Source of the DNA: a virus | Lineage: Duplodnaviria; Caudoviricetes | DNA: 64,000 nt | IMG/VR virus record: IMGVR_UViG_2595698868_000001 | Location: 32,001-96,000 of that record | Direction: 5' to 3' (one strand) | Shown here: piece after piece, positions 1 to 9,343 of the stretch | Numbering within the stretch: the stretch's first letter is position 1 | How the letters are laid out: each line of letters starts with the position of its first letter | Program-made: the position numbers and the translations under genes | The notes under the pieces: model-generated | Told to the model about the DNA's origin: nothing | Databases searched by the model: none | What the model saw: only the letters and a program-made list of their open reading frames with translations

Positions 1-34
1 GCGCCACGCGTGGGGTACCGGCCGAGGATAAGAC

Positions 35-331
35 ATGCTGAGTGCCAAGGAAGCCCTGACGCTGATGCCGAGCAGCGATCCCAATCCCTACCTGGATGCG
101 ATTGAGCAGCGCATCCGTGAAGCTGCTGCTGCCGGCCACGGCAAGGTGATGATCCACAACGTGCTGCCGGTCGCCCTGGCGGGCGCGTGGTGCTGCGGGC
201 GTCCCGGCCCACTCGCCAAGAAGATCGAGGATGCCCTGAAGAAGGTCGGCTATCAGCTTGCCTACGACAGTGGCGGTCATCACGGCCCCGGCTTCGTCGG
301 CATCATGTGGGCCGCCGAAGAGGAAAAGTAG
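35..331 (+). CDS. hypothetical protein
   Basis: 98-aa ORF with upstream GAGGA, packed against the next gene. Confidence 0.7.
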   Translation: MLSAKEALTLMPSSDPNPYLDAIEQRIREAAAAGHGKVMIHNVLPVALAGAWCCGRPGPLAKKIEDALKKVGYQLAYDSGGHHGPGFVGIMWAAEEEK

Positions 332-332
332 G

Positions 333-806
333 ATGACCTACGGCTACTGCCCTATCTGCGGCGATCACGGAGTGGCGCGCCAGCGTCGACCCAATGGTGA
401 CGACACGTGCGTTAACAACCACACCTATCCGAGCAAGACGGCGCTGCCTATGCAGCCGCTGACGACTCGGCCTCAGGCGACGCAGACGGAGTGGATGGCA
501 GGCCTGAGCGAGTCCTACCCCGAGCTTTTCGCCGGCCCGCTCGCGATCGCGGTCTCTTCGCAACATGAGGCGGACGCCCTGCGCGAGATGCTCAACGGCG
601 CCAAGGGTCCTGCTGACCAGGGCATCATGGTGATTCCGTTCGGCGGCTCGGTCCTCTCCTTCTCGCCCGGCGGCACCGCCCTGCTGCGCGGCTACGTCTC
701 CATCCCGCCGAATGGCGGCCCGATTACTCGCCAAGCCTTTGAGGCCTGGATCGAGAAGGCGATCGCGCCGTACCTCGCGCCTAACGCTTCCCGGCTGGTC
801 CTGTGA
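333..806 (+). CDS. hypothetical protein with N-terminal CPIC/CxxxH motif
   Basis: ATG at 333 (MTYGYCPICG) inside ORF 258..806; stop overlaps next start. Confidence 0.65.
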   Translation: MTYGYCPICGDHGVARQRRPNGDDTCVNNHTYPSKTALPMQPLTTRPQATQTEWMAGLSESYPELFAGPLAIAVSSQHEADALREMLNGAKGPADQGIMVIPFGGSVLSFSPGGTALLRGYVSIPPNGGPITRQAFEAWIEKAIAPYLAPNASRLVL

Positions 807-1111
807 TCGTTCTGCACCAGAAGTACAACGGCCGTCTGGTCTACCTCCAGCCGGACCAGATCAAGGCCGTCGAACATCGGGGCAACGGCGATACGGCCGT
901 AATTGTCGAAGGCATCGACGACACTTCGCCGTGGATCGTGACCGAGACGCCCGAGGAGATCGCGAAGCTTCTGATGGGCTGGAAGTGGCGCCCGCACTTC
1001 CTCAACGAAACGATTCGCGACGGCGCGGTGATCACCGCCCTCCGTCTCGACCCGAAGACCAAGGGGCTGGTTCCGACCTACGCCCATCTGCACCTGGAGC
1101 AAGTCCATTGA
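803..1111 (+). CDS. FlbD/SwrD-like small protein (paralog 1)
   Basis: MIVLHQKYNGRLVYLQPDQIKAVE...DTAVIV...IVTETPEEI resembles the Pfam FlbD (SwrD) pattern MIxLTxxxGxxxYLNxxxIxxVE..DT..VxExxEEV. Confidence 0.55.
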   Translation: MIVLHQKYNGRLVYLQPDQIKAVEHRGNGDTAVIVEGIDDTSPWIVTETPEEIAKLLMGWKWRPHFLNETIRDGAVITALRLDPKTKGLVPTYAHLHLEQVH

Positions 1112-1428
1112 TCCGCCTGACCGATTTCTCCGCCGCCGATCCTTACCTCTACGTGGACCCGCGTCGCATCGTCTATGTCGAGACAATCAAGGGTGCTGAG
1201 GACGAGCCAGAACGTCTGACGACGATCCATTTGGACGGCGCGGACCACACGCTGCAAGTTCGCGAAACGCCTACCGAGGTTCTTCGACTGAAGACGGGCT
1301 GGGAAAATCGCGTGCAAATGGTCGATATGCCGGCGGCCGATCTCCACAAGCTGATCGCGGCGGCGCTGGTCGCCGACACGGACGACGGCGTGCCCGAGTT
1401 GCAGTATCTGGTGGGATGGGCCGACTAA
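1108..1428 (+). CDS. FlbD/SwrD-like small protein (paralog 2)
   Basis: TTG start overlapping previous stop; MIRLTDF...LYVDPRRIVYVE...TTIHL...LQVRETPTEV. Confidence 0.55.
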   Translation: MIRLTDFSAADPYLYVDPRRIVYVETIKGAEDEPERLTTIHLDGADHTLQVRETPTEVLRLKTGWENRVQMVDMPAADLHKLIAAALVADTDDGVPELQYLVGWAD

Positions 1429-1835
1429 TGATCCGCCTCACCCTGACCGATGGCCGCTTCATCTACCTCGCGCCCGAACACATCACCCAGGTCGGCTCGT
1501 ATGGCGACAAGACCTACGTCACGACTGTCGAACATCCCGACGGTCCGACCGGCATCGTCGAGGACCCATTCGACATCGCGCGCCTGAAGGCCGCCTGGGA
1601 ATTGCGCTATCACGCGCCTGAGATCGCCGGCGACCTACCCGTCGCGGTTTACATGGACCGCAGCGATCCCGAGAATCCGTCGATCCAGTTTCTGTGCTGC
1701 GCCATCACGCGCAAGCTCCGCGAACAGCGCGCTGGTGCGCGTCCGCAGAACGGAACGATGCCGCCCGTCAACTTTACGGGCATCTTCGACGAAATCTTCG
1801 GCGCCGCCTTCCCGCACGACCCGGACAAGCGCTGA
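1428..1835 (+). CDS. FlbD/SwrD-like small protein (paralog 3)
   Basis: TAATG coupling; MIRLTLTDGRFIYLAPEHITQV...KTYV...IVEDPFDI. Confidence 0.55.
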   Translation: MIRLTLTDGRFIYLAPEHITQVGSYGDKTYVTTVEHPDGPTGIVEDPFDIARLKAAWELRYHAPEIAGDLPVAVYMDRSDPENPSIQFLCCAITRKLREQRAGARPQNGTMPPVNFTGIFDEIFGAAFPHDPDKR

Positions 1836-2050
1836 TGCCCGATCTGGAAGAGCACCTGCGCATCCTCAAGCGCGCGTTCAAGGATTTCCACGAACGTAAC
1901 ACCGTCTGCCGCGCGGACGGTTGCGATGGGGGCTACGTGGTGCTCGACCAGGAAGACATCGACTGGTTCACCCAAGAGCCGCGCGCTTCGCACTGCCCCA
2001 AGTGCAAGGGTACGGGCTTCGTCCCTCGCCAAATGGAGTTGCCGCTGTGA
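1835..2050 (+). CDS. small DnaJ-type zinc-finger protein
   Basis: TGATG coupling; CRADGCDGG and CPKCKGTG motifs. Confidence 0.6.
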   Translation: MPDLEEHLRILKRAFKDFHERNTVCRADGCDGGYVVLDQEDIDWFTQEPRASHCPKCKGTGFVPRQMELPL

Positions 2051-2208
2051 TCCAGGAACCTCGTCCGCTGCTGGGGCTGGTGCTCGCCGCCACTTTCCTC
2101 GCGTTGTTCGCCATCCTCACCTACCCGCTGCGCCTCATGAACGTGCTGCCCAGCGAGACCGCTTGGGGCGCCCGCGCCTCCGACATCTTCGACGAAGAAG
2201 GCCTCTGA
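2047..2208 (+). CDS. small membrane protein
   Basis: GTGA coupling; hydrophobic stretch LLGLVLAATFLALFAILTY. Confidence 0.5.
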   Translation: MIQEPRPLLGLVLAATFLALFAILTYPLRLMNVLPSETAWGARASDIFDEEGL

Positions 2209-3137
2209 TGCCCAACAAGCCCGACATCTGCCTCTACCATCATCCGTGCTCGGACGGCATGACCGCCGCCTGGGCGATCTGGACGCGTTGGCCCGACATC
2301 GAATTCCTCGGCGTCAACTACAACCAGCCTGTCCCGGACCTCACGGGCAAGCACGTTCTGCTGGTCGACTTCAGCTATAAGCATGACGTTCTGGTTCAGA
2401 TCGCGGCGATCGCCGCCTCGGTCACGATCCTGGACCACCACAAGTCGGCCTACGAAGACCTCCAACCACTGCTGGACTCCGGCGTTGTCCAGGGCGAATT
2501 CGACATGGCGCGGTCCGGCGCCCAGATGGCGTGGGATTACGTCTGGCCGGCGGAGGTCGAGAACCCGTTCGATCGTGAGCACTTCCAGTATCGCAACTAC
2601 GTCGTCGAGGACGGCGAGTATCGTCGCGGCATCGGCTACGTCCCGTATCTCGTCAAGTACGTGCAGGACCGCGACCTCTGGACTTGGGGTCTGCCGGATT
2701 CCAAGGAAGTCAGCGCCTACATCCAGACCAAGGCGCTGACGCTCCAGGCCTGGGACAAGCTCGCGCACGAACTCGAAGACAGCATCGGCTACGACCGCGC
2801 CGTCGAGGTGGGCGCGATCCTGCTTCGTAAGCAGGAATCCGAGATCGCCGGCGCCTTGAAGTCGACGAAGCGTCGTATGCGTATCGCGGACTATGATGTT
2901 CCGGTCGCCAACGTGCCCTACATCTGGGCGTCCGAGGCCGGCAACATCCTGTGCAAGGGTGAGCCCTTCGCTGCGACCTACATCGACACGGCCGACGGCC
3001 GTTCGTTCTCGCTTCGCTCGGACAAGGAAGACCCGAACGCCGTCGATGTCAGCGCGATCGCGGCCTACTATGGCGGAGGCGGTCACGCGAACGCCTCGGG
3101 CTTCCGTGCGCCGATCGGCTGGGAGGGGCGCTCGTGA
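2208..3137 (+). CDS. DHH/DHHA1 family phosphoesterase
   Basis: YHHPCSDG, LVDFS, LDHH, QDRDLW, FSLRS and GGGH motifs. Confidence 0.9.
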   Translation: MPNKPDICLYHHPCSDGMTAAWAIWTRWPDIEFLGVNYNQPVPDLTGKHVLLVDFSYKHDVLVQIAAIAASVTILDHHKSAYEDLQPLLDSGVVQGEFDMARSGAQMAWDYVWPAEVENPFDREHFQYRNYVVEDGEYRRGIGYVPYLVKYVQDRDLWTWGLPDSKEVSAYIQTKALTLQAWDKLAHELEDSIGYDRAVEVGAILLRKQESEIAGALKSTKRRMRIADYDVPVANVPYIWASEAGNILCKGEPFAATYIDTADGRSFSLRSDKEDPNAVDVSAIAAYYGGGGHANASGFRAPIGWEGRS

Positions 3138-3463
3138 GTCGCGAACTCTACTACGTCACCTATGAGGCTAACGACGAACTGATTTTCCTCGTGGGCACCG
3201 AAGACGCCGACGAAGCCGAAGCGTGGCGTGAATGGGTTGAGAGCATCTCCGACGTGGAGGTGTTCGCCGACGTACGCAGCGTTCGGATCGACGACGAGAT
3301 TGACGACACCGCGTTTGCGCTGATCTGCGACGACGATGATGAGCTTTATCTGTTCGAGTCGCTGGAGTCCGCCCGCACCTTCATCTCGAATGAGAACCTG
3401 AGCGGTGCGATCACGAAGGGGATCAAGTTCGGGGTTCGAACTTTCATGGAGCGTCCGCTGTGA
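3134..3463 (+). CDS. acidic hypothetical protein
   Basis: coupled ORF, 109 aa. Confidence 0.7.
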   Translation: MSRELYYVTYEANDELIFLVGTEDADEAEAWREWVESISDVEVFADVRSVRIDDEIDDTAFALICDDDDELYLFESLESARTFISNENLSGAITKGIKFGVRTFMERPL

Positions 3464-3714
3464 ATTCTTCCCGAATGGACAACTTCGGACAAGCGCTGAC
3501 GATGCTCTGGGGCTTTGCGGTCTTCGGCATGTTCGCGGCTTTCTGTCTTTTCGGCATCCTGGCCGGCATTATCGTCGCGGCGCCTTGGGCGCTCTACTAT
3601 CACGATCCGACGATCGTGCTTTGGCCCGCGACGGCCGGCATGGTCCTGATGATGATCTGGGCGGCGTGGCAGATGTTCCAGCCGCGCATCCCCAACCCTT
3701 TCCGTAAGCGCTGA
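3460..3714 (+). CDS. two-TM membrane protein
   Basis: two hydrophobic helices, coupled start. Confidence 0.7.
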   Translation: MNSSRMDNFGQALTMLWGFAVFGMFAAFCLFGILAGIIVAAPWALYYHDPTIVLWPATAGMVLMMIWAAWQMFQPRIPNPFRKR

Positions 3715-3727
3715 AGGAGCCCTCAGC

Positions 3728-3982
3728 ATGACTCTGCAATACCTGTCCCCCGAGTTGCTCGCGCAACTCGAACTCGATGATCTTCGCGACATCTCCCTCG
3801 GCCACGCCAGCATCGAACTGTTGGAATTCAAGGGTGACGGTCTGAACATGATGCGCAAGCAGCGCGACGAAAAGCGCGCCGCCGGCGAGAACACCGTGCG
3901 CCTGGACGCCGAGATCGAGTACGCCGAACGCATGACGGCCGGACCGATCTTCTACATCAACCGACAGGCGGCTGCGGCGTGA
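3728..3982 (+). CDS. hypothetical protein
   Basis: AAGGAG SD; ends in AAAA. Confidence 0.7.
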   Translation: MTLQYLSPELLAQLELDDLRDISLGHASIELLEFKGDGLNMMRKQRDEKRAAGENTVRLDAEIEYAERMTAGPIFYINRQAAAA

Positions 3983-4197
3983 GGATCGCTTACGAACTCC
4001 GCCAGCAGCATGACGAGATGGGCAACGCTGCCCATCTCCTCTCGCCGGGCGATGCCGAGCGCATCAACCAGGGCGGATATCGTCGTGTCGCAGGTGGATG
4101 CACCTGCGATTGCGGCAAACTCTACTACGACCATCCGCCCGTCCTGGGCGCGCTGTGGCTAACCCGCCTGTGCGGCGGAGAGATCGTGAAGCTGTAA
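3979..4197 (+). CDS. small Cys-containing hypothetical protein
   Basis: coupled ORF; CTCDCGK motif. Confidence 0.65.
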   Translation: MRIAYELRQQHDEMGNAAHLLSPGDAERINQGGYRRVAGGCTCDCGKLYYDHPPVLGALWLTRLCGGEIVKL

Positions 4198-4409
4198 TGG
4201 ACAGGTGGATCGTCTTGACCAAGGACCCTTGGCGCAACGGACAGCCAGGGCCGATTTATGTCGAGGGAACTCCCAAGTCCGAGCGGCTGGGATTACGGCA
4301 AAATCGGCGTTTTGCAGCGCCACTCGCTCAAGCGGACGCTCAAAAACTGGCTGACGATCTGAATAGGTGCCTGGACACGGGCCAACATTATGAGATCGAG
4401 CCCGCTTGA
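4197..4409 (+). CDS. hypothetical protein
   Basis: TAATG coupling, MDRWIVLTKD. Confidence 0.55.
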   Translation: MDRWIVLTKDPWRNGQPGPIYVEGTPKSERLGLRQNRRFAAPLAQADAQKLADDLNRCLDTGQHYEIEPA

Positions 4410-4867
4410 TGCCCAAGCTGATCACCTGCTCGTACTGCGGCGGTAGCGGCCTCGAAGAATTCTTCGGCGAGATGCCCGTCGCGTTCGGAACTTGCACCAA
4501 CTGCGCCGGCACCGGCAAGACGGAGTCACGTTACGTGGAATCCCTGACCTACGAATCCTACATTGCTGACGCCAAGAAGCGCGGCGCGTCCATGAAGGCG
4601 CCGGGCTCTCTGATCTTCCCCAAGGATATGCCGCCAATCGCCAAGGTGGCTGACAACGGTGTTGATGTCGTCATCGACGAGGCTGCGACCCGCGCCCGCT
4701 ATTGGGGCGAGGACACCAAGACGATTGCGGATTGCGAAGCGAAGTTCGACATTCCGATGAACTTCGCCGGTGAACCCGACATCTCTGGCCATGCCGATTT
4801 CTCGACAGGCTTCGACGACGAGGGTAAGGTGTCCTCCCCTGAAGAAGATCAGGACACCCGCATCTAG
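4409..4867 (+). CDS. hypothetical protein with DnaJ-type CxxCxGxG zinc finger
   Basis: CSYCGGSG and CTNCAGTG. Confidence 0.7.
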   Translation: MPKLITCSYCGGSGLEEFFGEMPVAFGTCTNCAGTGKTESRYVESLTYESYIADAKKRGASMKAPGSLIFPKDMPPIAKVADNGVDVVIDEAATRARYWGEDTKTIADCEAKFDIPMNFAGEPDISGHADFSTGFDDEGKVSSPEEDQDTRI

Positions 4868-4913
4868 GCAAAGACCTGGAGCGATATGACGAAGGACTCA
4901 CCAGTGGAGTCCT

Positions 4914-5186
4914 ATGAGCCCTTCCCGTCGAAAGGCGTTGCGCGAAGCAGTCGAGCACTGCGGCGTCTCTAAGATCGAGGTCGAAGCTTGCCAACGCGAA
5001 TACGCGTTGGCGCACGACGCCTATAACGCCCTCGTCACCGAGAACCCGCCGAAGAAGCGCTCAGGTACGACCATCGAGAACATGCGCCGGCACGCCTTGG
5101 CGGCATACGAAGCGCTGCTCGATGCGATGCGAGTCCACTCCGACAATCTGGCCCACATCGCGGCCCTGCGAGGGACTTCGTTCTGA
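4914..5186 (+). CDS. hypothetical protein
   Basis: GGAG SD, helical 90-aa ORF. Confidence 0.65.
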   Translation: MSPSRRKALREAVEHCGVSKIEVEACQREYALAHDAYNALVTENPPKKRSGTTIENMRRHALAAYEALLDAMRVHSDNLAHIAALRGTSF

Positions 5187-5482
5187 TGTACGTCATGAAG
5201 CGCGACGCGCTCGCTTCGCCCCTGGAGCGTTGGTCGATCGAGAACACCTCGGAGTTCCGTCGCGGCCTGCTGCAACTTCCCAGCGAAGACTACCTGAATC
5301 CGTCGGCGATCGACATGATCCGTGTCGTTCGCGACAAGCCGGACCGCAGCACCGGTGAAGTTCTCACCAAGGTCCACATCGAGTGCAAGGGCTCCTGGTT
5401 CTCGACGATCTTCGACGAGGTCGATGAAGCGCGCGGTTTTGCCCGCACGGTCTGCAACTTCCGCGACGAGTACCACCGCTAA
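5186..5482 (+). CDS. hypothetical protein
   Basis: coupled ORF. Confidence 0.7.
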   Translation: MYVMKRDALASPLERWSIENTSEFRRGLLQLPSEDYLNPSAIDMIRVVRDKPDRSTGEVLTKVHIECKGSWFSTIFDEVDEARGFARTVCNFRDEYHR

Positions 5483-5952
5483 TGCGCTACTTCCTGGACA
5501 CCGAATTCAACGGCTTCGGCGGCTGCATTCTCAGCCTCGCCCTGGTCGCGCAGAACGGCGCATCGCTCTATCTCGTCTGGCCAACGAACGACATGCCTGA
5601 GGACCCTGATCCCTGGGTCCTCCAGAACGTCATCCCGCTCATGGACAAGGTGCCGGATAACGTCCGTACGATCGAAGTCCGTCGCGGCACGGACGATGCT
5701 GCCCGTCATATCGCCGAGTTCCTGCGCGGTGACCCGGCGCCCGAGATCGTGACCGATTGGCCTGACGACATCCGCTATTTCTGCGAGACGGTCATTACCG
5801 GCCCCGGACAGATGATCGCGATCCCGCGCCTCGCCTTCCAGATGCTCCGCGTCGATGCGTACCCGACCACGCTCGCCGGCGCGGTGCAGCATAATGCGTT
5901 CTGGGATGCCTGGGCACTCCACACGCTGCTGACACCCAATGGCGTCCGCTAA
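5482..5952 (+). CDS. DEDD 3'-5' exonuclease (RNase AS-like)
   Basis: YFLDTEF ... DWPDD ... HNAFWDA motifs. Confidence 0.85.
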   Translation: MRYFLDTEFNGFGGCILSLALVAQNGASLYLVWPTNDMPEDPDPWVLQNVIPLMDKVPDNVRTIEVRRGTDDAARHIAEFLRGDPAPEIVTDWPDDIRYFCETVITGPGQMIAIPRLAFQMLRVDAYPTTLAGAVQHNAFWDAWALHTLLTPNGVR

Positions 5953-6478
5953 GCGGCGGTCCGCCCCGAGGACCACCAAGAACACCATCTCCCGCCGCCG
6001 GCCGCGACGCCGAAAGGCTTCGACGACCAAGAAGACCCCCGTGTCCTACAACCACCGCACCCATCCGGCGAAGATTCATCGCCCGGCTCCGGGCCACTGC
6101 CGATGGTGCCATCAGCCGATCTATCGCGTGGATGGAACGATCAATCGCCGGCGCTCATGGTGTAGCAAGACCTGCGTGGGTCATTACTTGCTGCGTACGG
6201 ATTCCAAGATGATGCGGCAGCACATTTTCTTCCGTGATCAAGGTGTTTGTGCGAAGTGTGGAAAGGAGCACAAGTACAACAACGCGGATTGGGAAGCTGA
6301 TCACGCTCAGCCCTTGTTCCTAGCCTTTGGCGATCCTTCATTCTGGGAGCCTGAGAACGTACAAATTCTCTGCACTACTCCATGTCACAAGGAGAAGTCC
6401 GCTGAGGATCGTCGCAAGTATGGGTTCGTACTCAAGATGGCGAAGGGGCCTAAGTCTGCGCAAAATCGGTCCGGTTAG
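5939..6478 (+). CDS. HNH endonuclease (start may be GTG 6041)
   Basis: CRWC, WCSKTC, RDQGVCAKC, WEADH, NVQILC..CHKEKS. Confidence 0.85.
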   Translation: MASAKRRSAPRTTKNTISRRRPRRRKASTTKKTPVSYNHRTHPAKIHRPAPGHCRWCHQPIYRVDGTINRRRSWCSKTCVGHYLLRTDSKMMRQHIFFRDQGVCAKCGKEHKYNNADWEADHAQPLFLAFGDPSFWEPENVQILCTTPCHKEKSAEDRRKYGFVLKMAKGPKSAQNRSG

Positions 6479-6509
6479 CACAGCCATACTGGCAAGTAAA
6501 CTACCAAAC

Positions 6510-6549
6510 TGCCAGAATTCTTGACATTAACCATGGATTTTGCTAGAAC
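6510..6549 (+). promoter_or_regulatory. phage promoter with TGCCAG-N5-TTGACA motif and Caulobacter-type -10
   Basis: TGCCAGAATTCTTGACA, then TTAACCAT, then GCTAGAAC (GCTANAWC-like). Confidence 0.7.
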
Positions 6550-6672
6550 CTGCGACATCCCGACTAGGTAGCCGGCTCTCCCCAGGGCTTGTTGCCGCAC
6601 CATCCATTCTCGCGACGCGACGGGTCGTCACGCCTAGTCCCAGGGTCTGGGATAACAGAGAGACAAGTTTCT

Positions 6673-7458
6673 ATGCCGATTTTCCAGTTCGATACGCTCG
6701 AACAGATTCCTGAGGCGCTCCGCAGCTACGCGAAGTCCGAGGGCGAGAAGGTTCAGATCAATCTCGTTCCCGAAGACAAGCTGGCTGAGTTCCGCCAAAA
6801 CAACACCGACCTTCTGAAGGAGCGCGACGCTCTGAAGAAGGAAGTCGAGCTTTACAAGCCGATCGTGGGTGAAGACCCCAACGCGCTGCAAGCCGAACTG
6901 GTGGAACTGCGAGCGACGGCCCAGCGCGTCAAGGACGGCACGCTGACCGACAGCAAGGCCATCGAGCAAGAAGTCGTGCGCCGTACCGAGGACATGAAGA
7001 AGTCCCTGGAAGAGCAGATTCGTCAGGCCCAGAAGGAAGGCGCCAACTGGCGCGCCAAGGCCACCGACATCGAAGCTGTTCACAAGCGCACCCTGGTCAA
7101 TTCGGCGATCAAGGACGCCCTGATCGACCCGGAACTCGGCGTGCAGCCGTACGCCTATCCGGACATCCTGGCCCGCGCGACCAACGTCTGGCGCGCCCAG
7201 GACAACGGTCAAGTCCTGGCCTTCCAGGGCGACCTGCAACTCTACGGTTCGGACGGCGGCTCGCCGCTGACTCCGAAGGAATGGATCGTGAAGCTTCGCG
7301 ACGAGGCCCCGCACTACTTCAAGGGCACTCAAGGCGGCGGCGCCGGCGGCGACACCACGCAGCGCGGTCAGTTCGGCAAGACCCAGCAGGAACTGCGCAG
7401 CATGCGCGGCGCCGACAAGCTGGCTCTGGCCAACGGAGCGAAGCCGGCCTCGCTGTAG
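6673..7458 (+). CDS. capsid scaffold protein
   Basis: coiled-coil protein with PHYFKG..GGGAGG C-terminal motif, directly upstream of the MCP. Confidence 0.75.
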   Translation: MPIFQFDTLEQIPEALRSYAKSEGEKVQINLVPEDKLAEFRQNNTDLLKERDALKKEVELYKPIVGEDPNALQAELVELRATAQRVKDGTLTDSKAIEQEVVRRTEDMKKSLEEQIRQAQKEGANWRAKATDIEAVHKRTLVNSAIKDALIDPELGVQPYAYPDILARATNVWRAQDNGQVLAFQGDLQLYGSDGGSPLTPKEWIVKLRDEAPHYFKGTQGGGAGGDTTQRGQFGKTQQELRSMRGADKLALANGAKPASL

Positions 7459-7619
7459 GCCGGTTGGGGGCAGCCCCTCTCGCCTGAGGGGTGCTAGGCC
7501 GGGCGGGCCTAACTTAAGCGCCGGGGTTTCTTGGGGCGGTTCCCACCAAAAACCGTCCTACCAGTTTCGCCCATAAGGGCATCGCGTCGAGCGCCGATCC
7601 TGGCGATCCGCATCCAGAA

Positions 7620-7653
7620 TTAGAGTCACGTTTCCTCCGAAACGTGACTCTAA
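7620..7653. repeat. GAGTCACGTTTC-N4-GAAACGTGACTC inverted repeat, copy 1
   Basis: perfect palindrome upstream of the MCP gene. Confidence 0.9.
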
Positions 7654-7755
7654 CAAAATTCCCTCGGGTGTCGTCGGACGATCCGAGGGGGAGCCCGAGG
7701 CGGGGGCCGCCTCCTCAAACCTGTCCGGCATGAAACCAACTAAGGGAAAGCTCTA

Positions 7756-8688
7756 ATGGCTGCCTTGACTCTGCTCGAAGCCTCTGATCTGGCGATGGGC
7801 AACGATGAGGTGAAGCGTTCGGCAATCATCGAACTCTTCGCCTACCCGGACCTGCTGAAGGTGCTGCCGTTCATGGACGTGCCCGGCGGTTCGTACACCT
7901 ACACGCAAGAAGGCGCCCTGCCCGGCGTGGCCTTCCGTGGCTTCAACGAAGCCTACACCAACGGCGTCGGCGTCGTGAACTCGCAAGTCGAAGTTCTGAA
8001 GATCGTCGGTGGCGACCTGGACGTCGACAAGGCCCTCATCAAGACCCACGGCGCGGACATCCGTACCCGTCAGGAAAAGATGAAGGTCAAGGCTCTGTCG
8101 CTGTTCCTGGCCGGCAAGATCATCAACGGTGACTCCGAGCAGGACCCGCGCGAATTCGACGGTCTGCGCAAGCGCATCGTCGGCTCGCAGCGTATCCCGG
8201 CCGGCAACACCAACGGTGGCGACGCGCTGTCGCTGCAAATCCTGGACGAAGCCATCGACGCCGTCGAAGGTGCGACCCACCTCGTCATGTCGAAGCGCAT
8301 GCGCAACCTGCTGTCGGCCGCCAGCCGTCAGACCTCGGTCGCGGGCTTCATCACCTGGGACAAGACCGAGTTCGGCGAGCGCATCGCCTACTACAACGAC
8401 CTGCCCATCTTGGTCACCGACTACGACGACAAGAACGTCCAAGTCATCGACTTCAACGAAGCCTGCCCCGGCGGCGGTACCACCGGTACCTCGATCTACG
8501 TCCTGAACATCGGCGACAGCGGCGTGATCGGCCTCCAGAACGGCGTCATGGAAGTTGACGACCTCGGTCAGGTCAACGACAAGCCGGTGTACCGCACCCG
8601 CATCGAATGGCTGATCAGCCTCGCCGTCATGAGCGGCCGTGCTGCGGCCCGCGTGTGGGGCATCAAGAAGGCTCCGGTCGTCGCGTAA
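7756..8688 (+). CDS. major capsid protein (phiCbK-like)
   Basis: 310 aa, strongly biased codons, NGDSEQDPREFDGLRKR motif, position after scaffold. Confidence 0.9.
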   Translation: MAALTLLEASDLAMGNDEVKRSAIIELFAYPDLLKVLPFMDVPGGSYTYTQEGALPGVAFRGFNEAYTNGVGVVNSQVEVLKIVGGDLDVDKALIKTHGADIRTRQEKMKVKALSLFLAGKIINGDSEQDPREFDGLRKRIVGSQRIPAGNTNGGDALSLQILDEAIDAVEGATHLVMSKRMRNLLSAASRQTSVAGFITWDKTEFGERIAYYNDLPILVTDYDDKNVQVIDFNEACPGGGTTGTSIYVLNIGDSGVIGLQNGVMEVDDLGQVNDKPVYRTRIEWLISLAVMSGRAAARVWGIKKAPVVA

Positions 8689-8770
8689 GTGACGGCCTAA
8701 GGGCTGGTCCTTCGGGGCCAGCCTGAGCCTCCTCCCCACCTCACACCACCTTTTCTAAGGGCATCTGAAG

Positions 8771-9250
8771 ATGAACTCCAAGATCAAGCACCAGTACGAC
8801 GCGCTTCTGGCGCTGCGTTCGCTGACCGACCGTGCGACTGCCGTGACCGCCGATGGCGCCGGTGGTGGTTACGTCGATCTGCACCACCTCCTGCCCGAAG
8901 GCACCCCCGGCGAGCCGGGCGCCCTGGGCGATGTCGCTGGCCTGTTCGGTCAGCGTCCGTTCGACGTCGTGATCCAAGTCGACGCGATCGACACCACGTC
9001 GGGTTCGGAAACCTACACCCTGAAGCTGCAAACGGTCGACGCCAACAAGGCCAACCCGACCGACGTGCCCTTCGGCGGTGCGGTCATCACGTCGGCTCTG
9101 GTCGGCGAACCGCTGGTCGTCAAGATCGACCCGGCCGTTCTGAAGCTGGCCGACGCGGATGCCGCGTACCTGCGCATCTTCGCCGACGTCGGCGGCGCCA
9201 CGCCGTCGATCACCTACTACGCGTTCGCTGCGCCGAACAGCCGCGCCTAA
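8771..9250 (+). CDS. minor capsid/decoration protein
   Basis: beta-rich 159-aa protein right after the MCP. Confidence 0.65.
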   Translation: MNSKIKHQYDALLALRSLTDRATAVTADGAGGGYVDLHHLLPEGTPGEPGALGDVAGLFGQRPFDVVIQVDAIDTTSGSETYTLKLQTVDANKANPTDVPFGGAVITSALVGEPLVVKIDPAVLKLADADAAYLRIFADVGGATPSITYYAFAAPNSRA

Positions 9251-9279
9251 GTAGGCAGGTCGGGCTCAGGCTCAACCAG

Positions 9280-9312
9280 AGGCCCGGATCGAAAGGTCCG
9301 GGCCTTTTCTTT
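9280..9312 (+). terminator. intrinsic terminator
   Basis: AGGCCCGGATC-GAAA-GGTCCGGGCCT followed by a T-tract. Confidence 0.85.
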
Positions 9313-9343
9313 ACTACCTACTTTACTGACCTCGGGTTTAGGA

